Positions 57,021-64,000 of a DNA stretch of 64,000 nucleotides are shown here, one piece after another. This DNA comes from Candidatus Aenigmatarchaeota archaeon (lineage in GTDB: Archaea > Aenigmatarchaeota > Aenigmatarchaeia > CG10238-14 > SpSt-28). The notes under the pieces are model-generated. The model was not told the origin of the DNA, did no database searches, and worked only from the letters and a program-made list of their open reading frames with translations. Both the position numbers and the translations under genes were made by a program. Position 1 is the first letter of the stretch. Every line of letters begins with the position of its first letter. The stretch lies in the NCBI GenBank assembly GCA_038997165.1, contig JAWBAK010000001.1, positions 96,001 through 160,000 of the forward strand, in the 5' to 3' direction.

Positions 57021-58778
57021 TTATTTTGATAAGCTATTTACTAAAATATTGCCAATATCTTTTTCATATTCTTTAATTTTTTTTAAGACACCAAACAAAA
57101 AATTTTTAGCTTCATTTAAAACATTTTCCAAAGAATTTTTTCCCTCTATTATTTCATCCATTTTTCTTTCAAAATCTCTAGTTAATTCTTCGCTTAGAAT
57201 TTCTGGACAATATTTTAGAAATATTTCTACTACTGCTTTTCCTAAGTCTGTTATTTTCATTTTATCTCCAATTACATATTTTCTATCATAAAGAGTTTTT
57301 ACTATTTCTGCTCTTGTAGCTTTAGTTCCTAAATTTCTAGTTTCTAACTCCTTTATTAAACTTGCTCTTGTATATCTTGAAGGAGGTTTAGTTTTTTCTT
57401 TTAATAAATTTATTGATTTTATAGGAATTTCTTCATATAAATTCAAAGTTGGTAAAATATTTTCTTCTAATTTAATATAATTTTTATATATTTTTAGCCA
57501 ATTTTCTTTAACTGTTTGATGAAAAGTATTATGAAAAATAAAATTATCAACTTTTGCAATTATTTTAATACTTTTTCTTATTGCTGGTTTATGTAAACAA
57601 ACTAAAAATCTTTTAACAATTAAATCATATAACATAATTTCTGGTTTGCTTAATTCTTTGAAATCAGGAATTTCTTCTGTAGGTATTATTGCTGGATGTG
57701 CAGGATCATCTTTTTTTCCTTCAACAATTTCAATTTTATCAAAAGATAAAATTTCCCTAACAAAATAACTATAAAATGGAATTTTACTAATGGAATTTAA
57801 TATAGGAAAAATATTTATACCTTTTAATTTTTGAGAAGAAGATCTAGGATAAGAAATATATCCTTTTAAATATAAACTCTCTGCAATTTTTAAAGTATAT
57901 TCTGGCCTAAATCCAAAAACATAATAAGCTTCTTCTTGTAAATCTGTAGTGTTAAATGGTGGTAAAGGATTCAATTTATATTCTTCTTCTTTTATTTGAA
58001 CAATTTTTATTTTCTTGTTTTTTATTTTTTCAATAATTTCTTTTGCTTTATTAAAATCTTTAATTTTCTCTTCTATGTAAAACAAATAAAATTTTATTCC
58101 ATTTTTTTCAATTTCCAATTTTATTTTATAATAAATTTCTGGTTTAAAATTTTCAATTTCTTTTTCTCTTAAATAAACTAAATATAAAGCTGGGCCTTGA
58201 ACTCTACCTATTGATAAAATTCTTTTTTCGTTTGAAACTTTTCTTAAACTAATCATTAATGCTCTCGATAAATTAATCCCCCAATACCAATCTAAATAAT
58301 GTCTTGCTAATCCTGCATTTACTTGATTAATCTCAAATTCAATAAGATTACTAAAAGATTTTATTAATTCATTCTTTGTTAACGTACTAAATTTCATTCT
58401 TTTAATTTCTTTATTTAAACCTATTAAATATTTTATTATATTCCATGCAATTACATATCCTTCAATATCATAATCGGTTGCTACAATAACTTTATTTACA
58501 TCTTTTGCTAAATCTTTTATTAATTTTGCAAATTTTTCTGCTTTATTATCTACTATTTCCCAATCGGCATTGAAAATTGGATAATCAAAATTGTTTTCTT
58601 GGGGTTCTAATTTAAATAAATGACCTAAAGCAGATACAATATAGTAAATTTTATTATTATAATAAGAAACAAAATAAGGAATTTTATTGTTAACTATTTT
58701 TTTAGCTACTGGGAATAAACTATATGCAATTTTTTTCATAGCAGTAGGTTTTTCTGTTAAAATAATAATTTTTTCCAT
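57021..58778 (-). CDS. topA: Type IA DNA topoisomerase, lacking C-terminal zinc ribbons
   Basis: TEKP, GHL, ATDYDIEG, SIGRVQ, GYISYPR (active Tyr), AHPAIIPT, LGTKATR. Confidence 0.96.
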   Translation of the reverse strand: MEKIIILTEKPTAMKKIAYSLFPVAKKIVNNKIPYFVSYYNNKIYYIVSALGHLFKLEPQENNFDYPIFNADWEIVDNKAEKFAKLIKDLAKDVNKVIVATDYDIEGYVIAWNIIKYLIGLNKEIKRMKFSTLTKNELIKSFSNLIEFEINQVNAGLARHYLDWYWGINLSRALMISLRKVSNEKRILSIGRVQGPALYLVYLREKEIENFKPEIYYKIKLEIEKNGIKFYLFYIEEKIKDFNKAKEIIEKIKNKKIKIVQIKEEEYKLNPLPPFNTTDLQEEAYYVFGFRPEYTLKIAESLYLKGYISYPRSSSQKLKGINIFPILNSISKIPFYSYFVREILSFDKIEIVEGKKDDPAHPAIIPTEEIPDFKELSKPEIMLYDLIVKRFLVCLHKPAIRKSIKIIAKVDNFIFHNTFHQTVKENWLKIYKNYIKLEENILPTLNLYEEIPIKSINLLKEKTKPPSRYTRASLIKELETRNLGTKATRAEIVKTLYDRKYVIGDKMKITDLGKAVVEIFLKYCPEILSEELTRDFERKMDEIIEGKNSLENVLNEAKNFLFGVLKKIKEYEKDIGNILVNSLSK

Positions 58779-58803
58779 ATTTTAAAATCGGATAAAATAT
58801 TTT

Positions 58804-60993
58804 ATGTATGTTATAGGAATTACTCCTGGTGCTTTTCAAATTGCTAGAGCTGCTGGTGCTGAAGTTGCAAGGGAATTTGCGGGAATAGAAGAAAAATTAA
58901 GATATGGATATACTGTTGGATGTAATTTCTTTCAAATAGATCAAGAAGTTTTTGGAGAATTTGTAGAACCAAATTTAATAAAAAGAATTTCTAGATTAAT
59001 TCAAGAAATGAATATTCAATGGGCATTACATGGATTATTAATTGGAGAAATTTATCAAACATTAGAACCAATAAATTATATTCTTTGGAAATTATCTCAT
59101 TTAGTTCTAAATAGAGATTTAATTTTTTTATACGAAATCTTGCAAGAAATAAAAAGGAGTAATTATTCAAAAGAAGTTTTTCCGCACTATACAATTTATC
59201 ATGCAAGTAGAGAATTAGTTGTTGGTTATGCCTTATTTAGAGAAAAAGAAATAATTTCAGAAATTTTAACTGCAACCCCAGAAGGTAATACAGATTGGGA
59301 TAGTTTCTTAGAAAAAAGAAAAAAATTAAAAGAATGGTTTCTAGAAAATTTATTTGAAATATTATTTAAAAGAGAAGTTTCTAGAAGATTTGCAGGTTTT
59401 ATTCCTTCTCCACTATCTCTTGCTCTAATTAATTCATTATATATTCCTTTTAAAGATAATAAAATATCTGAAGAAGACTTAAGAAAAATTTTAGAAAATA
59501 TAAAAGAAGATGTAAAAGAAATTAATATAGATAATATTGTTAATTCTTTTAATAATCTTAAAGGAATTGGAATTAAGTTAATTGATGAAAATATAATAAG
59601 AATTGAAGAAAAAGTTGGTAGTCCTTATTTAATTAATTTTTTAAGAGATATTTATCCAAAAATTAAAAAAATATTTGAAAAAGTAGAAAATTTTTTTAAG
59701 GAAAAAATTTTAGAAAACGAATTTAAAAAAGCAAAATTAGAAAGTTTGGAAAATTCTTATTTAACATATAAGCAACAGTATGAAAGAGGAATAGCAAAAG
59801 ATGCAATACTTTATGAAGATATTGTTATAGCGCTAGTATGCAAAGATGTTGAATTTGGATATTTAGATTCAAATTATGAATCCTTCTTATCAAAAAAAAC
59901 TTGTGAATTTTTAATTAAAAGATTATTAGATGGTAAAAAAATTGAAGAACATGTAAAAGAAACCTATAAAAAATTAGATGGTAAATTTGAAAAAGAATTA
60001 ATAGATATTGAAAGAGGAGAAATAAATTTAACTCCAGAATTAAATGTTTTAGCTTCAATTGTTTATTCAATTTCTCATTTTTTAGTTGGTATAGAAAATT
60101 TTCCTGAAATTTTGGATGAAACAAAAAGAAGAACTATTCATTTAAATGAAGAAGAAAGAAAAAAAATTGAAGAATTTGCAAAAAAAAGTCCATATGAAAA
60201 ATTGAAAATATTAATAGAGGAACTTAGAAAAATTGGAATAGATAGAGAAGAAGCCTTTTTTATTGCAATAGAAACTCCAGAAGCTTCTCCACCTTATGAA
60301 GGTTTAAGAAGAATATGTAGATTAAAAGATGTCTTTATTACAAGTGAGGCTTTGAACCTAGAATTTCAAATTAGATATAATACAAATGAAAAAGCCTTTG
60401 CTGCATGTATTGATACAGAACATCTATTATCCAATGCATTTAATATAAACAATGAGATAGAAGAACTAATTAAATATATTGAAAAATGGAAAAACGAAAT
60501 TTATTCAAGAATTGCAATATATCATATAGGAATTCCAAAACCATATTTTGGAACTACACACATTCCATTCGATATTGGAAGTGATGAGCAATATTTAATT
60601 TATGAATATTCGTTTAAACTAAAAAAAGCTGGATTTAACGATGAAAAGAAAAATAATTTAAAAAGATATAGTTATTTAATTTTTGAAAGAGGTGGTGGAC
60701 AACTGCCATTTCAATTTTTAAGAAGTGTAATATTAGCATTAAGAATAATTAAAAAATATTTAGAAATGAATATAGAACCAAACGAAATAGAAAAGAAAAA
60801 AGAATATTATTCTGAATTTTTTGGGTTTGATGAACAATTTATTAGAGAAAAAGAAATTATTTTTCAGCATGCACTAGAACCACTAAAAGGACTAATTGTT
60901 TGGCCAGAAGAAACACATACAATTTTAGGAAGAGAAGCAATAGAAAGATTTAGAAAAAGACCAGAAGAGTGGGCAGGAGAAGAATATAAATAA
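58804..60993 (+). CDS. Large hypothetical protein with a putative xylose-isomerase-like/AP-endonuclease-2 TIM barrel split by helical inserts
   Basis: WALHG, IYHAS, IAIETPE, CIDTEH, IYHIG, THIP, IFERGG in the order of TIM-barrel metal ligands. Confidence 0.6.
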   Translation: MYVIGITPGAFQIARAAGAEVAREFAGIEEKLRYGYTVGCNFFQIDQEVFGEFVEPNLIKRISRLIQEMNIQWALHGLLIGEIYQTLEPINYILWKLSHLVLNRDLIFLYEILQEIKRSNYSKEVFPHYTIYHASRELVVGYALFREKEIISEILTATPEGNTDWDSFLEKRKKLKEWFLENLFEILFKREVSRRFAGFIPSPLSLALINSLYIPFKDNKISEEDLRKILENIKEDVKEINIDNIVNSFNNLKGIGIKLIDENIIRIEEKVGSPYLINFLRDIYPKIKKIFEKVENFFKEKILENEFKKAKLESLENSYLTYKQQYERGIAKDAILYEDIVIALVCKDVEFGYLDSNYESFLSKKTCEFLIKRLLDGKKIEEHVKETYKKLDGKFEKELIDIERGEINLTPELNVLASIVYSISHFLVGIENFPEILDETKRRTIHLNEEERKKIEEFAKKSPYEKLKILIEELRKIGIDREEAFFIAIETPEASPPYEGLRRICRLKDVFITSEALNLEFQIRYNTNEKAFAACIDTEHLLSNAFNINNEIEELIKYIEKWKNEIYSRIAIYHIGIPKPYFGTTHIPFDIGSDEQYLIYEYSFKLKKAGFNDEKKNNLKRYSYLIFERGGGQLPFQFLRSVILALRIIKKYLEMNIEPNEIEKKKEYYSEFFGFDEQFIREKEIIFQHALEPLKGLIVWPEETHTILGREAIERFRKRPEEWAGEEYK

Positions 60994-61014
60994 TAGTTAA
61001 CATAATTATTACTA

Positions 61015-61033
61015 CCAAAAAGTATTTATATAT
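61015..61033 (+). promoter_or_regulatory. BRE + TATA box upstream of 61054 (probably leaderless)
   Basis: CCAAAAAG-TATTTATATA about 21-30 nt upstream of ATG 61054. Confidence 0.5.
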
Positions 61034-61053
61034 ATTCTATAAAATTTATTTTT

Positions 61054-63723
61054 ATGATTATTGAATTTCGAGAAAATTGTTTAAAATCTAAGGAAATTAT
61101 TGAAAAGTTATTTGAAAAAATAAAATTACTTAAAGATAGTGAAAAATTATTTGCCGAAAAACTTATTAATAACAAGAAATTAATTGAAATGACATGTCTA
61201 ATAAATGATCCAGATGTTGCCATTGAAGTAGTTAAAATTACTAGTAGATATCCAGAAATGGGTGAAGAAATTTTTGATGATTTATATGGAATTGCTGATT
61301 TGCTTTGGATGATTAAGGAAGAAGAGATTATTCCTGAAAAGGTTGAAATTAAAGATATTGTTTTTGAAATAGCTGAAACTATAAAAAATTATAAAGAAGA
61401 AGTTGCCTTTAAAATTTCTAATTGGTTGATATCTACTACTCACGAAGTTTTTGAATCTTATGATAAAATAAATAATATAGAGATTATTAAGAAGATATGT
61501 GAAGCTTTAAGAGATAAAGAGGTGATCCAAACAATTGGAAAATTTGAAGAAGAGATTGGTAGAGGAATTGTTCATGAGTTAAGTAGAATCGAATATATAT
61601 TTGAAAAATATTTTTCAAAAAGAGATAAAAATTTTGAGGATATTAAAAATATCATTATTGAAGCAGTTAAAACTATTAGAAAATATAAAGGAAAAGCTGC
61701 TATAGCAGTTGCTTATGAAATAATTGATACTACAATAGTAACAGAAGATATAAATTTTGGTAAAACAATGTGTGAAATTTTTAGAAATGATGAAATTGTT
61801 AGTATTGTTGAAAAATATGAAGAAAAATTTTCTAAATCATCTTTATTTAAAGAAGAAATTAGTGAAAGAATTGTTCACGAATTAGGTAGAGCTGCCTTTT
61901 TATTAGAAGAACATTTATTTGAAGAAAAAGACATTAAAGATTTTATTGTTGAATTTGCTAAAATTATTGGAAAGAGGAAAGGAAAAATTGCTGCAGAAAC
62001 TGCTGAAATAATTACTAAAGGTATAAAAGAAATTATTAAAGAAACTGATGATATAAATATTGTTAGAATAATAGCCGAGGCTTTAGGAGATGATGAAATT
62101 ATTAATATTTTTATAAAAAGGATTCCAAGAGATGATGAAATAATTAATATTTTTACAAAAGATGATAAAACTTTTTTCTTTTATATTAGAGACCTTGATA
62201 AAGAAATTAAAAAAATTATTAGATATTTATTAAAAAATAAAGATATTATTACTAGAGCTATTAAAAATCTTGGAATAGATGAAAATGAGTATGTTGAAAA
62301 AATTATTAAATTATTAAGTAAAAATTATGAACAACTTAAATCTATTGAAAAAAACAAAATTATTAAAAAATATGAAAAGTCATCTGATAAAGATAAAATT
62401 ATTCATATACTAAATGACATAGAAGAAAAAATCGAAAGAAATTTTAGAGAAAGAAGTGATGTTGTTTTGGAAGCATTTAGAACTATTGGAACTTATGATG
62501 GAGAATTAGGTATAAATATTGGGGAATGGATGATTGAAGAAATTCAATGTGCCCGCAGAAAAAGAGATTTAAACATACTTAAACAGATGTGTAAAATCTT
62601 AAGAGAAGATGAAGTAATTGAAATTATTAAAAAATATGAATGGAAAATTGCAAAGAATTTTATTAATTTAGTATATAGAACTTTCTATGAACTAAAAAAT
62701 AAGGATAAACCATTTAGAATGATAAAAATGTTGAAAAACGGTGGAATTGATGCACTTAAATATATAATTTCCCATCCACGATATAACATTATTCTTCCTA
62801 AAGAAATAGATCAAAATATTTATGAAATAATAAAAGAAAATTTAGATGGACTAGTTACAGATAGAAATAGTTTTTTGGCTGTTCTTATTTATTTTCTTTC
62901 AAATAAAAAATTACCCAAACCAAATGAAAATAATATAAAAGAATATGAAAATATTGCTTCAGAAGAAATTAAAAATATGTATAAAATAAATAAAAATTTG
63001 AATTTAAATCAAATGCTTGTTTTCTTTTCATTAGATAAAAGTATTGTTATTAATACTGGCTTTCTAGAATATTCCCCACATGAAGATAAAACTATATACA
63101 TGGATAAAAATGCTATTATTAAAAGAATTATAGAGTTAGTTAATAATTCTGAGGAGATTGATCCAAAGTTTTATACCCTTTCAGAAAATAGTATGAAAGC
63201 AGTTGAAAGTAAAAATCCCTTAGACTATGATGATAGAGTTCTAATTTTAAATCTATTAACTGATGTTTATCTTCCAGGAGGATTTAAGATTAAAAGGGGT
63301 ATACTTAGATACTGTGAAGATGAGAATATAATTCTAGTAGGATATAAAATAGATGGTCAAACATTAGGAAGTGCAATTTGTTTTTATGATAAAGAGAATA
63401 AAATATTTTTAGTAGATTCTATAGAAGGTCATGAAGAGTTTAGAAAGGAAGAAATATTTGAAATCGTTTATAATGATTTAAAAGCAAGAGCAAACAAAAG
63501 AGGAGCTCAAAAAATTGTATTTAATACTTTAAATATTTCTGATGTAAATGAACTTGATAAAACACCTAGAATGTTCAATGAATATTTAAAGAATAAAAAG
63601 AAATTAGAAGAAAAAGAAATTGAAATAAATATAAATACAAAGGCGTATTTAAGAAGTACTGAAAGTGATATATGGAATGTTAGAAAGAAAGTAAAAGGAT
63701 ATGTTATCAATTTAAATAATTAA
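61054..63723 (+). CDS. Helical-repeat protein with C-terminal GNAT-like domain
   Basis: Recurring E..(K/E)TI..Y....A and C..LR.DE....I.KYE motifs; C-terminus GSAICFYD...FLVDSIEG...FRKEEIF...ARANKRGAQKIVF. Confidence 0.6.
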   Translation: MIIEFRENCLKSKEIIEKLFEKIKLLKDSEKLFAEKLINNKKLIEMTCLINDPDVAIEVVKITSRYPEMGEEIFDDLYGIADLLWMIKEEEIIPEKVEIKDIVFEIAETIKNYKEEVAFKISNWLISTTHEVFESYDKINNIEIIKKICEALRDKEVIQTIGKFEEEIGRGIVHELSRIEYIFEKYFSKRDKNFEDIKNIIIEAVKTIRKYKGKAAIAVAYEIIDTTIVTEDINFGKTMCEIFRNDEIVSIVEKYEEKFSKSSLFKEEISERIVHELGRAAFLLEEHLFEEKDIKDFIVEFAKIIGKRKGKIAAETAEIITKGIKEIIKETDDINIVRIIAEALGDDEIINIFIKRIPRDDEIINIFTKDDKTFFFYIRDLDKEIKKIIRYLLKNKDIITRAIKNLGIDENEYVEKIIKLLSKNYEQLKSIEKNKIIKKYEKSSDKDKIIHILNDIEEKIERNFRERSDVVLEAFRTIGTYDGELGINIGEWMIEEIQCARRKRDLNILKQMCKILREDEVIEIIKKYEWKIAKNFINLVYRTFYELKNKDKPFRMIKMLKNGGIDALKYIISHPRYNIILPKEIDQNIYEIIKENLDGLVTDRNSFLAVLIYFLSNKKLPKPNENNIKEYENIASEEIKNMYKINKNLNLNQMLVFFSLDKSIVINTGFLEYSPHEDKTIYMDKNAIIKRIIELVNNSEEIDPKFYTLSENSMKAVESKNPLDYDDRVLILNLLTDVYLPGGFKIKRGILRYCEDENIILVGYKIDGQTLGSAICFYDKENKIFLVDSIEGHEEFRKEEIFEIVYNDLKARANKRGAQKIVFNTLNISDVNELDKTPRMFNEYLKNKKKLEEKEIEININTKAYLRSTESDIWNVRKKVKGYVINLNN

Positions 63724-63810
63724 GTAAGATTTATAAATTTTAAATACTAATTAAAGGATTTGAAGATTCTATCTTAAAAATTTATGATAAACTCTTTAAA
63801 AATAACATAA

Positions 63811-63896
63811 GGGCCGGTAGCTTAGCGGAAAAGCGCCGCCTTCGCATTTTAAAAAGAAAAAGGCGGAGACCCCGGGTTCAAATCCCGGCCGGTCCA
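63811..63896 (+). tRNA. tRNA-Ala (CGC) with 14-nt intron at 37/38 (63847-63860)
   Basis: Acceptor GGGCCGG/CCGGTCC with G3:U70; anticodon stem CCGCC/GGCGG; intron TTTTAAAAAGAAAA; GGTTCAAATCC T-arm. Confidence 0.93.
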
Positions 63897-64000
63897 GTTT
63901 AATTTATTTTACTATATTTTACTATTTATTAAAATTATTAAAAAACAAAAAAATTATGAATAAAAAATATGTTGTTGAAATGACAAAAAACTTATATTCT

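Noticed and set aside
1..64000. CRISPR array, rRNA, integrase or att-site duplication at the tRNAs
   Set aside because: No regularly spaced repeat-spacer pattern, no long GC-rich RNA gene, and no recombinase or duplicated tRNA 3' end seen by eye in this window.

Overview
Very AT-rich, gene-dense archaeal chromosome segment. It looks like a reduced-genome DPANN lineage, with Aenigmarchaeota-like features; this placement is inferred from gene content and style, not from a search. Bases 1-22.5 kb are accessory or cell-envelope genes: a 1045-aa coiled-coil protein, a wHTH protein, and an ~18-kb divergently organised cluster containing a MinD/ParA ATPase, a candidate fibre subunit, several membrane-anchored Ig-like proteins, a 2542-aa beta-propeller adhesin-like protein and a repeat-containing protein with a pilin-like tail. 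I propose this cluster as a candidate non-type-IV attachment filament system. Bases 22.5-64 kb are mostly core archaeal genes: lhr, ppa, fibrillarin/nop5, rpoD, map, split Hef helicase + XPF nuclease, split class II RNR, rfcS, trm112, pth2, cdc48 and topA. Glycosylation genes are interleaved among them, including a duplicated DUF131-like/GT2 cassette, a GT4 with reversed domain order, and FkbM. There are three tRNAs: Gln-CTG, and intron-containing Leu-CAA and Ala-CGC. Three envelope-related genes are interrupted: an MFS transporter at a homopolymer, a pilin-DUF2341-LamG gene at an (AT)n repeat and at an in-frame A-AAA-AAG-stop slippery site, and a GT2 by an in-frame TGA. Several near-identical internal nucleotide repeats suggest gene conversion. 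No CRISPR array, rRNA, transposase, integrase or intein was seen.
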